This document shows positions 18,534 through 28,120 of a stretch of 64,000 nt of DNA, piece after piece. This DNA comes from Thermoplasmatota archaeon. Its GTDB lineage: Archaea; Thermoplasmatota; Penumbrarchaeia; Penumbrarchaeales; Penumbrarchaeaceae. How positions within the stretch are numbered: the first letter of the stretch is position 1; every line of letters starts with the position of its first letter. Made by a program: the position numbers and the translations under genes. Below the pieces are notes generated by a model. That model did no database searches and had not been told where the DNA came from. It saw only the letters and a program-made list of their open reading frames with translations. The DNA is taken from positions 23,815 to 87,814 of the forward strand of contig JBLIRH010000002.1 in the NCBI GenBank assembly GCA_049472215.1. Reading direction: 5' to 3'.

Positions 18534-18905
18534 TTGGAACAAGAAAAGGATGAAGAGGTCATCATAAGTCTACCCGTTAAAAAAAGCAGCATCTCGTCGG
18601 TTGACGGGGGCATCGCCAGACTTCATACATCGCACATGGACATGTTCGAGGATGAGGAATCACACATGGTCATTGTCAGATACGGGAAGAAGGACAAGGT
18701 CGTTCGTCTTGTATCGGACAGGTTCGCACCAAAGAATGTCATCATACTCAGACAGGGAGACATGGAGGACCTTGAGGTCGACGAGGGAGACGCAGTGGAC
18801 ATCGAACCTTATCACAAGCTCAAGGACGAGCTGAAGGAGACATGGGAGAAGTTCGCCTCCAGGTTCAGAAAGAAGGATGAAGACGAAGAAGAAAAAGGTG
18901 ATTGA
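18534..18905 (+). CDS. Small protein with a Cdc48/VAT-N-like (double-psi barrel-like) domain and an acidic tail
   Basis: IISLPVKKSSISSVDGGIARLHTSHMDMF...HMVIVRYGKKDKVVRLV...VIILRQGDMEDLEVDEGDAVDIEPY follows the pattern of VAT-N/AbrB-type barrels. It has a TTG start preceded by a GGGGGG run. It is the first gene of a five-gene cluster. Confidence 0.4.
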   Translation: MEQEKDEEVIISLPVKKSSISSVDGGIARLHTSHMDMFEDEESHMVIVRYGKKDKVVRLVSDRFAPKNVIILRQGDMEDLEVDEGDAVDIEPYHKLKDELKETWEKFASRFRKKDEDEEEKGD

Positions 18906-19178
18906 ATGGGAATAGGACAGAGCTTACAGGCCATCTCAGTGACCCACCCGTTATCCATCAACAGGAAGATCGATCAGTACCTCAGCGAGAAGCTGCCCTT
19001 GTTGATGGACGAATACAAGATCGCGGACCGCAACGATGTTGCGGACCTCGACAAGGAATTCGAGGGATTCGAAACCCGGATGGAGGAGATGGACAGGTGG
19101 AAGAAGAACTTCGATGAAAGACTCAGATCCGGCCGGGCAAGGCTCGATCGGCTCAAGATGAAATACGGAGTGAAGTGA
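18906..19178 (+). CDS. Small coiled-coil protein, function unknown
   Basis: 90 aa. Its ATG directly follows the upstream TGA. The C-terminal half is helical and charged (DLDKEFEGFETRMEEMDRWKKNFDERLRSGRARLDRLK). Confidence 0.45.
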   Translation: MGIGQSLQAISVTHPLSINRKIDQYLSEKLPLLMDEYKIADRNDVADLDKEFEGFETRMEEMDRWKKNFDERLRSGRARLDRLKMKYGVK

Positions 19179-19188
19179 GGTGGTTGTG

Positions 19189-19521
19189 ATGGGTTGGGAT
19201 TGGACGACTTTCTGGTACGTACTCGTGATAGGCTTGTTGTTGGTAGCCCTTGTCCTTGTCATCATCTGGTACTTCCAGCTTTCAAGGAAAAGGAAGAAGG
19301 GACCTTCGCATATCGAACTATATTTCGATGAGAACTTCCGGGGGATAATGAGCGAATGGGACTTCCTCACCAGGGACAAGGTGAAGGATTTCAAGAAGGA
19401 CATGCTCAAGAGGCTCGGCAAGGTGGGGGGCGATATCGACGGGCTTGAAAAGAAGAAGACCTCTCTTGACAAGAGAATGACCGTACTCGAGACCAAAATG
19501 AAGGACCTGGAGGGATTTTGA
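19189..19521 (+). CDS. Small membrane-anchored coiled-coil protein
   Basis: MGWDWTTFWYVLVIGLLLVALVLVIIWYF forms a TM helix, followed by a coiled coil (KKKTSLDKRMTVLETKMKDLEG). The ATG at 19189 is preceded by GAGGTGG. The ORF track uses the GTG at 19180. Confidence 0.45.
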   Translation: MGWDWTTFWYVLVIGLLLVALVLVIIWYFQLSRKRKKGPSHIELYFDENFRGIMSEWDFLTRDKVKDFKKDMLKRLGKVGGDIDGLEKKKTSLDKRMTVLETKMKDLEGF

Positions 19522-19530
19522 GGAGGTGAC

Positions 19531-19881
19531 ATGATGACGGAATATATCGAGGAAGAGCAGGAGAAGAAGGGGTTCTTCGAATGGTTCAGGTCCCTTTTCC
19601 GGGGTAAGGAGGAAGAGGAAGGGGAGGTCCAGGAAGCTCCGAAATACAAACGAAAGCTCCTGGACGGAAGGATCGAGAAGTACCTGGACCAGAACATGGA
19701 CGCCTACATCCAGGAGTACGGCATACTCACAGGCCTTGACATCGAATCCTACGAGATGAGATATACGAGTCTCACTTCAAAGATCTCGGGAATGAAGGAG
19801 TACATGATCGACGCTGACGCCCAGATATCGGCGATGGAAAAGGAACTGGCACAGGTCCAGACCGCATCTAAAAAGAAGTAG
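19531..19881 (+). CDS. Small coiled-coil protein, weakly similar to gene 18906..19178
   Basis: 116 aa with AGGAGGTGAC immediately upstream. IEKYLDQNMDAYIQEYGILTGLDIESYEMRYTSLTSKISGMKEY parallels LPLLMDEYKIADRNDVADLDKEFEGFETRMEEMDRW in the earlier gene. Confidence 0.45.
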   Translation: MMTEYIEEEQEKKGFFEWFRSLFRGKEEEEGEVQEAPKYKRKLLDGRIEKYLDQNMDAYIQEYGILTGLDIESYEMRYTSLTSKISGMKEYMIDADAQISAMEKELAQVQTASKKK

Positions 19882-19893
19882 GAGTGGAACCGA

Positions 19894-20382
19894 ATGCTGG
19901 CAAAGCTGATAGAGGATTACAAGGTAGTGAACTCGGTCGGTAACCACGTTGGAAAGATCAAGGACATCTACATTGACCTCAACAAATGGATGATCGTTGG
20001 GTTCGAGATCTCACCGGGAGCCCTGAAGAAGGATTTCATGATAAAGGTAGAGGATGTCGTCAAGTTCGACGAGGGAGACAAGATAGTGATCGTTAACGAC
20101 GAGTTCGAGACCCTAGATGCCCCGGAACACCCGATGAGGGAGAGATATCCCTTCGACGAGCTGAAAAAACATCCGGTACTTGATTCCGATGGGGAGAAGG
20201 TGGGAAAGATCTACAACCTCGAGATACCCTTCGAGAAGCTCAGGACCTTCAAAGTATGGAAGGTTCTCATCAGGACAGGTATATCCGAGAGAAGGCTAAG
20301 ATTGAACCCTTCGGAGATCGTAGAGATAATGGACGATATCAAGCTGGCCAAGACCGAGGAAGAATATCAGGGTATCGAGTAG
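19894..20382 (+). CDS. Tandem PRC-barrel domain protein
   Basis: There are two PRC-barrel-like units: YKVVNSVGNHVGKIKDIYIDLNKWMIVGFEI... and HPVLDSDGEKVGKIYNLEIPFEKLRTFKVWKVLI.... An SD-like GGAGTGG lies upstream. Confidence 0.6.
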   Translation: MLAKLIEDYKVVNSVGNHVGKIKDIYIDLNKWMIVGFEISPGALKKDFMIKVEDVVKFDEGDKIVIVNDEFETLDAPEHPMRERYPFDELKKHPVLDSDGEKVGKIYNLEIPFEKLRTFKVWKVLIRTGISERRLRLNPSEIVEIMDDIKLAKTEEEYQGIE

Positions 20383-20519
20383 CCTCTCACGGGTCATACC
20401 GGTCCTTGGTATGGGACTTTAACTTCGGATACGTCCCGTTCAGTTCAAGGGCCCTAAAAATGCCTAGTACTGTGAAAAATATATAACGAAGATACTTCAT
20501 CCACGGTCAAATCAAAGAG

Positions 20520-21128
20520 GTGAACCGGATGCCAACCACGGAGAAGATGATAAAACAGGTGCTGGAACTCCGGGAGAAAGGACTATCCAGGGAAGATATC
20601 GCGAAGGAGCTTCACCTGTCAGAGGAGACCGTAGGATGGCTGCTCTCACGGGGAGAGGGATCGGAGAAACCACCTGCGGACATCTATATCGGATGGAGGT
20701 CCATGGGGGTATATTCTTCGAGGCTCACGCATATGGCCAGGATCTTCTCGGACATCATTCTCGAAGAGTGCGCTAAGCATGATATGGACGTCGATGCGAT
20801 AATGGGGGTCGCCATAAACGGCATTCCGCTGGCAACCACCATCGCCAACGAGATGGACGTCGAACTGGTACTCTTCAGGCCAAAACGGGGTGAGGATACC
20901 GGTGAGGCAGTTGGATCGATCCTTTCCAATTTCGCTGGTGTTAGGGATAAGAGGGTGGTTATAGTGGATGACGTCCTATCCACCGGATCCACGATGAAGA
21001 ACGCCATCGAGTTCCTCAAGGCAAATCAGGGAGAGCCTGCCCTCTGCCTCGCGATCGTGAACAAACAGAACTTCGACCAGATAGACGGGGTACCAGTAAG
21101 GGCCCTTATAAGGACGCATGTCGTTTGA
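20520..21128 (+). CDS. HTH-fused phosphoribosyltransferase-like protein (PyrE-like/GfcR-like putative regulator)
   Basis: The N-terminus carries an HTH (VLELREKGLSREDIAKELHLSEETVGWLL). The C-terminus carries a type I PRTase PRPP loop (RVVIVDDVLSTGSTMKNAIEFL). Confidence 0.65.
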   Translation: MNRMPTTEKMIKQVLELREKGLSREDIAKELHLSEETVGWLLSRGEGSEKPPADIYIGWRSMGVYSSRLTHMARIFSDIILEECAKHDMDVDAIMGVAINGIPLATTIANEMDVELVLFRPKRGEDTGEAVGSILSNFAGVRDKRVVIVDDVLSTGSTMKNAIEFLKANQGEPALCLAIVNKQNFDQIDGVPVRALIRTHVV

Positions 21129-21149
21129 GGCCGTATCCTTGGTGATCGA

Positions 21150-22724
21150 ATGCACTGGGCTGACGTTATAGCTGGAAGGCTGAAGGATTCGGGCGGTCCC
21201 CACAGGATAGCTACGGGTATTACCCCTTCGGGACACATCCACGTGGGGAACATGAGGGAGATACTCACCGGAGACCTTGTCCATCGCGCCTCCAGGGAGC
21301 TTGGTGTGGATTCGACCTTGTATTACCTTGCTGATGATTTCGATCCTCTGAGGAAGGTCTATCCGTTCCTGCCCGATGAATACTCCGATCATATTGGAAA
21401 ACCCCTTTCGGAGATACCTTCCCCTGAGGGGGGCGGGAAGACCTATGCCCAGTATTTCCTGGAACCATTCCTGGAATCGGTCGAGGAGCTGGGGATCGAA
21501 CCGGTCGTGCTCCCCTCGAGCGAGTCATACAGGGAGGGAAAATACTCCCAGGCCATTGCGATCCTTCTCGATAAAAGAGAGGAGGCAAGGGAGATCCTGA
21601 ACAGGGTGTCCGGCAGGGACCTTCCCGATGACTGGTTCCCATACAACGCCAAATGTCCTTCCTGCGGAAGGATCAGCTCCACTCAGGCCTTTGAATGGTC
21701 AGCCCCATATGTCCTTTACAGATGCAGGTGCGGTCATGAGGGGAAAGCGGATACAAGGACGGATGACGGCAAGCTCCCCTGGAGGCTGGACTGGCCGGCA
21801 AGATGGTACTGGTTGGGAGTTACCTGCGAACCCTTCGGAAAGGACCATGCGGCATCCGGCGGCTCCTACGATACTTCCTCCGAGATCATCCGCAGGATCT
21901 TCGGAAGGGAGCCCCCGATACCTGTTGTATACGAATGGATACAGCTCAAGGGAAAGGGAGCCATGTCCTCATCGAGCGGGGTCGTCGTAAGCGGTGTGGA
22001 CATGCTTAGAATGACTCCCCCGGAGGTGCTCAGGTTCCTCATAGCAAGGAACCAGCCGGCAAGGCATATCGACATGGACCCCGGTCTCGGTATACTCAAC
22101 CTGGTGGACGAGTTCGACCGTTACGAGGAGAACTTCTACAAGGATGAGAGCGGGGACGATCCCGATGACATGAAGAGGACCTATATGCTCTCGATGGTGA
22201 GCGATGCCAAGGACAGGGAGCATATGGAGCATCTTGTGAACGTTCCCTACAGACACCTTGTAACGCTCACCCAGCTTTCAACGGACCTTGACCGGATGGT
22301 CGATATGATCAAGCGGTCCGAGGGGATCGAGGAGCTGTCGGGCGCATCGCTGGAAAGACTTATCCACAGGAAAGCATGCGTCGATTTCTGGCTGGAGCGG
22401 TTCGCACCGGAGGGGGTCAGGTTCGAGCTGTACGAAGAACCTCCGCTCGAGGAGATCGAGAAGCTGAACACAGAGATGAGGGCGGCCCTCGAGGGAATGT
22501 ATCAGGACTTCCAGGGCATCCCCTGGGACGGGGAGAACATCCATAATACGATATACGAGGGTTCGAGGGCAAGAGACATCGAACCCGGGACCACTTTCAA
22601 GGCCTTCTATAGGATACTCCTGGGCAGGGACAGGGGTCCAAGGCTTGGTTTCTTCCTTTCCACGATGGAAAAGGAGGAGGTCCTGAGGAAGCTCAAGATA
22701 GTCCTCGGTAAGAATGGGAATTGA
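21150..22724 (+). CDS. lysS: Lysine--tRNA ligase, class I (archaeal type)
   Basis: PSGHIHVGNMRE is the HIGH-type motif and KGKGAMSSSSG is the KMSKS-type motif. A zinc-binding CPSCGR...CRCGH insertion is present, as is typical of class I LysRS. Confidence 0.9.
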   Translation: MHWADVIAGRLKDSGGPHRIATGITPSGHIHVGNMREILTGDLVHRASRELGVDSTLYYLADDFDPLRKVYPFLPDEYSDHIGKPLSEIPSPEGGGKTYAQYFLEPFLESVEELGIEPVVLPSSESYREGKYSQAIAILLDKREEAREILNRVSGRDLPDDWFPYNAKCPSCGRISSTQAFEWSAPYVLYRCRCGHEGKADTRTDDGKLPWRLDWPARWYWLGVTCEPFGKDHAASGGSYDTSSEIIRRIFGREPPIPVVYEWIQLKGKGAMSSSSGVVVSGVDMLRMTPPEVLRFLIARNQPARHIDMDPGLGILNLVDEFDRYEENFYKDESGDDPDDMKRTYMLSMVSDAKDREHMEHLVNVPYRHLVTLTQLSTDLDRMVDMIKRSEGIEELSGASLERLIHRKACVDFWLERFAPEGVRFELYEEPPLEEIEKLNTEMRAALEGMYQDFQGIPWDGENIHNTIYEGSRARDIEPGTTFKAFYRILLGRDRGPRLGFFLSTMEKEEVLRKLKIVLGKNGN

Positions 22725-22833
22725 CCAAGCTGTTTAATTGATACTTGTTAATGCATTATTCATATGGTAGCCTCGTCGCCTTCGAACCATAGATATATGG
22801 CTTCGCCGATATTGGCACCAGCGAGGGAAGTTC

Positions 22834-23952
22834 ATGACAAGATACAGGATCGCGGAAATGCCTGGGGACGGCGTTGGTGTCGAGGTCGTAGAGGCTGCCA
22901 AGCTCGTTCTTGACGCCGTCGGCTTCAAGGCGGAATACAGGCTTGGGGACATCGGCTGGGAGTTCTGGAAGAGCGAGGGGAATGCTCTTCCGGATAGGAC
23001 CATCGAGCTTCTTAGGAACACTGACTGCGCGCTATTCGGCGCCATCACCTCCAAGCCAAAGGACGAGGCCGCAAAGGAACTGGACCCGACCCTCATTGAT
23101 AAGGGATATGTGTACTTCTCTCCCATAGTTGGCATGAGACAGCTGTTCCAACTCCATACCAATATGCGTCCCTGCAGGTCATACACCGGCAATCCGCTGA
23201 ACGTGAAGGACGGGATCGATCTTGTCGTGTTCAGGGAGAACACCGAAGGGCTCTATGCCGGGATCGAATGGTGGCCGGTCCCGGACGAGGTTAGGGAGAC
23301 CTTCCTAAGGCATCATAAGAAATGGGGTCCTTTTCAGGAGTTCCCTAGGGAGGACGTTGCTGTTTCCCTCAGGGTCATCTCGAGGAGAGGGGCCCGGAGG
23401 ATAATCAGGTCGGGATTCGAATACGCCAGGAAGTTCAAGAAGACCAGATTGACCCTGGCAGAGAAGCCGAACGTTCTTAGGGAGACCTCCGGCCTGATGA
23501 CGAAGGTTGCCAGGGAAATGGCATCCGAATACCCGGATGTCCCGATGGACGAGGCGAACATAGACGCCATGGCGATGTGGCTTGTCAAGGACCCGGAGAA
23601 GTACCAGGTCATAGTGGCCTCCAACCTCTTCGGGGACATCCTCTCCGACCTCGGCGGGGGGCTCGTCGGGGGGCTCGGATTTGCCGCTGCAGCCAACATC
23701 GGGGATGATTATGCCGTCTTCGAACCCACACACGGCTCCGCCCCGAAATACGCGGGGCAGGGGATCGTCAACCCCATCGCGATGATACTCGCATCAAAGC
23801 TCATGCTCGATCATCTCGGAGAGACCGAGATGGGATCCGTCATCGAAGGAGCTGTCTCGGAGGTCGTCAGGGAGGGCGTGGTGAGGACAAAGGACCTGGG
23901 GGGAACGAACTCCACCATGGAGATGGCAAAGGCCATAGCTTCCAAGGTATGA
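22834..23952 (+). CDS. Isocitrate/isopropylmalate/homoisocitrate dehydrogenase family enzyme (substrate not assignable)
   Basis: Beta-decarboxylating dehydrogenase blocks are present: IAEMPGDGVGVEV, LFGAITSKP, VVFRENTEGLYAG, NLFGDILSDLGGGLVGGLG and HGSAPKYAGQGIVNP. Confidence 0.8.
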   Translation: MTRYRIAEMPGDGVGVEVVEAAKLVLDAVGFKAEYRLGDIGWEFWKSEGNALPDRTIELLRNTDCALFGAITSKPKDEAAKELDPTLIDKGYVYFSPIVGMRQLFQLHTNMRPCRSYTGNPLNVKDGIDLVVFRENTEGLYAGIEWWPVPDEVRETFLRHHKKWGPFQEFPREDVAVSLRVISRRGARRIIRSGFEYARKFKKTRLTLAEKPNVLRETSGLMTKVAREMASEYPDVPMDEANIDAMAMWLVKDPEKYQVIVASNLFGDILSDLGGGLVGGLGFAAAANIGDDYAVFEPTHGSAPKYAGQGIVNPIAMILASKLMLDHLGETEMGSVIEGAVSEVVREGVVRTKDLGGTNSTMEMAKAIASKV

Positions 23953-23964
23953 AGGGGAGGTCTA

Positions 23965-24663
23965 GTGACCAGGACCGCGGATATTAAAAAAGAGGTCAAG
24001 AAGACCTACAACGTCATCGCTCCCCATTTTGCCGCAACCAGGGAAAGGGTATGGCCTCCAACCCGAAGCATCATAAATGAACTCGCTCCATGCAGAATGG
24101 GCGACCTGGGCTGCGGGACCGGCCGGGCCCTGGTTGAAGCTGCAGAGCTTGGCTGTTCCGTAACGGGGATCGATAGTTCTACCGGTCAGCTGGAGATGGC
24201 AAGGAAATTCCTTGAGAGGTCCGGACATCTGGGTGATGCCATATTGATGGAGGGGGACCTTGAAGAACTCCCTCTGGACGACGGGGTCCTTGACCTCTGT
24301 CTGATGATCGCTGCCCTCCACCACCTGCCCGACCGGAAAGCGAGGATCAGGGCGCTCGAGGAAGCTTACAGGGTGACCGCGGACGGAGGGTCCCTTCAGG
24401 TCTCGGTATGGACATGGGACCAGGAGCGGTTTCGCGAGCAACATCTTTCGAGGATCGAAGGACGAAGGGAGCCCGACGAACATGACGGCCCCCTTTCCGG
24501 GGATTTCATGGTTCCATGGAAAAAAGGGGAGGAAGCCATCAGGTTCTATCATCTCTACGGACCTGGAGAGCTTGAAGAGGAGGTCTCATCCACGGGATGG
24601 ACGCTCCTGAGGAGCTTCTTCGACGGAAGGAACCACTGGGTGGAATGCCTCAAAGCCCCCTGA
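23965..24663 (+). CDS. Class I SAM-dependent methyltransferase (Trm9-like pattern)
   Basis: DLGCGTGR is motif I. LCLMIAALHHLPDRKARIRALEEAYRVTADGGSLQVSVWTWDQERF resembles Trm9/ALKBH8-type methyltransferases. Confidence 0.7.
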   Translation: MTRTADIKKEVKKTYNVIAPHFAATRERVWPPTRSIINELAPCRMGDLGCGTGRALVEAAELGCSVTGIDSSTGQLEMARKFLERSGHLGDAILMEGDLEELPLDDGVLDLCLMIAALHHLPDRKARIRALEEAYRVTADGGSLQVSVWTWDQERFREQHLSRIEGRREPDEHDGPLSGDFMVPWKKGEEAIRFYHLYGPGELEEEVSSTGWTLLRSFFDGRNHWVECLKAP

Positions 24664-26833
24664 CGTTGCCGACATGACCCTCCGAGGCTCCGTCCTCCTC
24701 GAACTCTTCCGATGGCTTCTTCGGAGGTCTGTACCTGATCATGAAGAATGCGGCAACGCCCAGCACCACAAGCAGGAGGAGGATCACTATGAGGACGAAT
24801 ACCCCGGGTCCCGAACCCTTGTCTGTCTCTATGTCTATGTCGTCATCATCGTCGACCGGCTCCTGGGGATTCACCCTAAGTGTTCTCTCGGATGTTACGA
24901 TCTCCCTCCCGTCGATCTCGATCTCGAACCTGTAGGTATGGGTTCCCTTGTCGAGCTTCATGGTCCTTGTCAGGTTCATGCCGTCGATCGGGTCTCCGCT
25001 CTCGATATCGAGTGTGAACTCATCACCGTCCACCACGACCTTCTGGACGTCGGGACTTCTCCCCAGACCGTAGCGGAAATGGACGAAGAAGGTCACATCA
25101 TCCCCTTCAAAAGGTCCCTCGGGAATGTAACCGTCAAGGATGATCTGAGGATCGTAGACATCGGGACCCATCAATTCCCCGTTCCTGGGATACCGGAAGG
25201 TCGATCCGTCGATCTCTGCCAAGAAATAATAGCTGTGCGACCCTGAAGACATCATCGTCGAAGTCCTGAACTCCACTCCGGAGGAAGGATCGGTACCTTC
25301 GGTTGCCATACCATCGACCAGCTCCTCCCCGTCGTCCACGAACAGATAGACATCATCGGGCATCCTTCCCCGCGGGTCCTTCCAGTGAATGGTGAAAGTG
25401 AACAAAGTGTCGGTGTTCCCCTCCTCGAGGTCCAATGACGGGCCGTAGAGGACGGGATCCTCGGGAGAGGTGACCATCGGTCCGCTGTATTCTCCTGTCC
25501 CCGGAAGCCTCTGACCGTCAACCTCGAAATGATATGAATGGGATCCTTCAGCAAGAGTTCCAGACCAGGAATAGACCGCTCCGGACAGAATGTCCCCCGA
25601 TCCCTTCTCCATCGAGTTCCGGGACCCATCCACGAAAACGTTTACAACAGCAGGGACGTCCCCTTCAATGTCCCTGACAGTGATCCTGAATTCGAAAACC
25701 GTATCGATGTCCCCTCGTTCCGGATCGACCCCCCCCATGCTCAGCTCATGCGGATCGTCGACCGGGTTCACGATCACGGTTACCTCGGAGCTGACAGGAT
25801 CGTGCTGTCGGTCGGTAGCTGAGAGATTGAAGCTGAAGGTCCCATGCTCGTTCGCGGGAGGGACGATGACGATGCTGTCGCCGTCGATGTCCACCTCGAG
25901 GGGGGCGGTATCACTTGCGGAGTAGTCAAGTGCGTCACCGTCCGGATCGGTGAAGTAGAGGTTGGGGTCCAGGTCAGAATATACCTCGTCCTCGTCGATG
26001 GTGATGTCGGGGATCTCGGAAGCGACAGGGGGGCTGTTATCACCCGCGGTCTTCAGGACCAGCTCCTGGACCAGAACGTTACCTTCCCCGTAGGGGGCAT
26101 AGGTCTCCCACTTCACCCACCAGCCGACCGCGTCGGAATAGTAGAGGGTGGAGTTGTGAACGGTCTCCATCCCCTCCGTTTCCTTCATCTCCTTTACCAC
26201 GTAGACATCATGTATCGTGCCCCCCAAACTCAGGGTGGTCTGGTTGGAGCAGTACCTCCAGTGTACGTAGGTCTCGTCCGAGGTTCCCGAATCTATCGTC
26301 GATCCTCCCGATGTCAATGTCCATGAAGTTATGGACCTTACTTCATCGGTCCACGATGTCTGGGGGGCATCGGATCTCAGTGGGAACTTCACCCATCGGA
26401 AGTATGGGAGATCTATATCCGTCGAAGAGCTGTTCGTTCCGGAGATCCCGGATCCATCGACCACGCGGGTCAGCTCCCTCGTCGACCTGACCATCGAGAG
26501 GTCGTCCTGCTTGTAATACGCCTCCCATGTCCCGGATTCGTCTCCTGTGCCGTCCGGAGTGACGAACTCTCCCGTGATCGTGCCCGATACCTTGAAGATA
26601 TCCATCGAGTTCCATATGCCCGTGGCAACGCTCGCCGTCTGGACCCCGGTTCTGCTCGAGGTACCGTCCGGGCTCCATTCACTGTAGGACCATTCGAGAT
26701 AGGTCCCCTGCTGGAGCGAGGGGGCGTCTATCTTTCTGGACGGGGGTCCCGAAAAAACCATCGGTGATATCATGGTAAGCATGAACAGGGATACTGCTAG
26801 AAGCGCGAGGAGCCTCTTCCCCGACGGTTGCAT
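24650..26833 (-). CDS. Large cell-surface protein with repeated Ig-like modules and a C-terminal TM anchor
   Basis: 727 aa with a signal peptide (LLALLAVSLFMLTMISPMVFSG). It has recurring modules (DTVFEFRITVRD, DTLFTFTIHWKD, DDVTFFVHFRY, THTYRFEIEIDG). A TM helix (GVFVLIVILLLLVVLGVAAFFMI) is followed by a short tail. Confidence 0.65.
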   Translation of the reverse strand: MQPSGKRLLALLAVSLFMLTMISPMVFSGPPSRKIDAPSLQQGTYLEWSYSEWSPDGTSSRTGVQTASVATGIWNSMDIFKVSGTITGEFVTPDGTGDESGTWEAYYKQDDLSMVRSTRELTRVVDGSGISGTNSSSTDIDLPYFRWVKFPLRSDAPQTSWTDEVRSITSWTLTSGGSTIDSGTSDETYVHWRYCSNQTTLSLGGTIHDVYVVKEMKETEGMETVHNSTLYYSDAVGWWVKWETYAPYGEGNVLVQELVLKTAGDNSPPVASEIPDITIDEDEVYSDLDPNLYFTDPDGDALDYSASDTAPLEVDIDGDSIVIVPPANEHGTFSFNLSATDRQHDPVSSEVTVIVNPVDDPHELSMGGVDPERGDIDTVFEFRITVRDIEGDVPAVVNVFVDGSRNSMEKGSGDILSGAVYSWSGTLAEGSHSYHFEVDGQRLPGTGEYSGPMVTSPEDPVLYGPSLDLEEGNTDTLFTFTIHWKDPRGRMPDDVYLFVDDGEELVDGMATEGTDPSSGVEFRTSTMMSSGSHSYYFLAEIDGSTFRYPRNGELMGPDVYDPQIILDGYIPEGPFEGDDVTFFVHFRYGLGRSPDVQKVVVDGDEFTLDIESGDPIDGMNLTRTMKLDKGTHTYRFEIEIDGREIVTSERTLRVNPQEPVDDDDDIDIETDKGSGPGVFVLIVILLLLVVLGVAAFFMIRYRPPKKPSEEFEEDGASEGHVGNVRGL

Positions 26834-26927
26834 GCGGATGAAATCATTACAGATGATATTAACGCTTTCGGGCTGTAAGTGAAAGCATCGATGGATTTAA
26901 GGAGCGTTCCGCTTTTCGGAGGGACCG

Positions 26928-28073
26928 ATGAAAAAGCTCGGCTTCGTCGTGAACCCAATAGCAGGCATGGGCGGGAAGGTCGGTCTCAAAGGCACCGACG
27001 GCGTTGTCGAGGAAGCGATATCGATGGGAGCCGAACCTCGTGCGCCGGATCGGGCTCTGGAGGCCTTGATCAGGCTCCGGGAGGCGTTCACACGCCACCG
27101 TCTCAAGGAAGACATACTGTGGCTTACCGCTGGAAATGAAATGGGAGAGAACGAACTGGTCTCACTTGATGTGAACGAGTGGAACATCAGAAGGGTCCAC
27201 ACACCAAGCGACCACACGACAGCTGAGGATACAAGGGAATTCGTGAGAAAGGCGATCGAAGAGGGAGCCGAGCTCATTGTCTTCTGCGGAGGGGACGGAA
27301 CGGCAAGGGACGTGTTCGAAGCTGCGGGGAAGAACCCGATCTTCGGGATCCCCTCCGGTGTGAAGATGCATTCCGGGGTGTTTGCTATCGATCCGGTCAC
27401 TGCGGGGGAGCTTCTGGAGTTCTATATCCGGGGGGAGATGACCACGGGGGAAGGCGAGATCATGGACCTGGACGAGGAAAGGTACAGGAAGGGGGATTGG
27501 AACATCAGGTTGTACGGGATCGCCACGACGCTGTACGAGCCCGCTTTCATTCAGACGGGAAAGTTCATGATGGCCGAGCAGGAGGTCGCAACATTCCTCG
27601 AGGAGATCGCGGATGACATCGCGGAGCGGATGGAGGAAGAGCCCGGGTCCGTTTTCATACTGGGTCCTGGGGGGACCCTGGAATCAATAGGCGAGAGGAT
27701 CGGGATCGACAAGACCCTTCTGGGAGTAGATGTCGCCAGGGGGATCGAGCAGATAGGAAAGGACTGCGGAGAGAAGAAGCTGCTTTCTATCCTGGATGAT
27801 CTACCGGAAGGGACACCGGTCTATCTCGTCGTCTCCCCGATAGGTGGGCAGGGCTTCTTCCTTGGAAGGGGGAATCTTCAGGTCAGCCCCGAGATCATCC
27901 GGAGGATCGGTCTGAGGAACATAATTATCGTTTCCGTCCCACAGAAACTTGACATGACCGATGCCCTGAGGATCGATACGGGGGACCACCTGCTGGATAT
28001 GGAGATCAGAAAGGCAGGGAGCCTCAAGGTCCTCACAGGCTACAGGACATACAGACTTAAGAAAATTAAATAA
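26928..28073 (+). CDS. ATP-NAD kinase family protein (long archaeal form)
   Basis: KLGFVVNPIAGMGG, the diacylglycerol/NAD-kinase motif VFCGGDGTARDV, and IFGIPSGVKMHSGVF are present. Confidence 0.7.
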   Translation: MKKLGFVVNPIAGMGGKVGLKGTDGVVEEAISMGAEPRAPDRALEALIRLREAFTRHRLKEDILWLTAGNEMGENELVSLDVNEWNIRRVHTPSDHTTAEDTREFVRKAIEEGAELIVFCGGDGTARDVFEAAGKNPIFGIPSGVKMHSGVFAIDPVTAGELLEFYIRGEMTTGEGEIMDLDEERYRKGDWNIRLYGIATTLYEPAFIQTGKFMMAEQEVATFLEEIADDIAERMEEEPGSVFILGPGGTLESIGERIGIDKTLLGVDVARGIEQIGKDCGEKKLLSILDDLPEGTPVYLVVSPIGGQGFFLGRGNLQVSPEIIRRIGLRNIIIVSVPQKLDMTDALRIDTGDHLLDMEIRKAGSLKVLTGYRTYRLKKIK

Positions 28074-28100
28074 AAAAAAAAGGAGGCCGGAAGGCCTCCT
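28070..28100. terminator. Shared terminator between convergent genes: a perfect 8-bp GC-rich hairpin flanked by an A/T run
   Basis: AGGAGGCC-GGAA-GGCCTCCT (28081..28100) is preceded on the + strand by A9-10 (28072..28080). On the minus strand this reads as a hairpin followed by a T run, directly downstream of the stop of gene 28121..30076. Confidence 0.55.
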
Positions 28101-28120
28101 CATCCTTTATTGCGTTCTCC

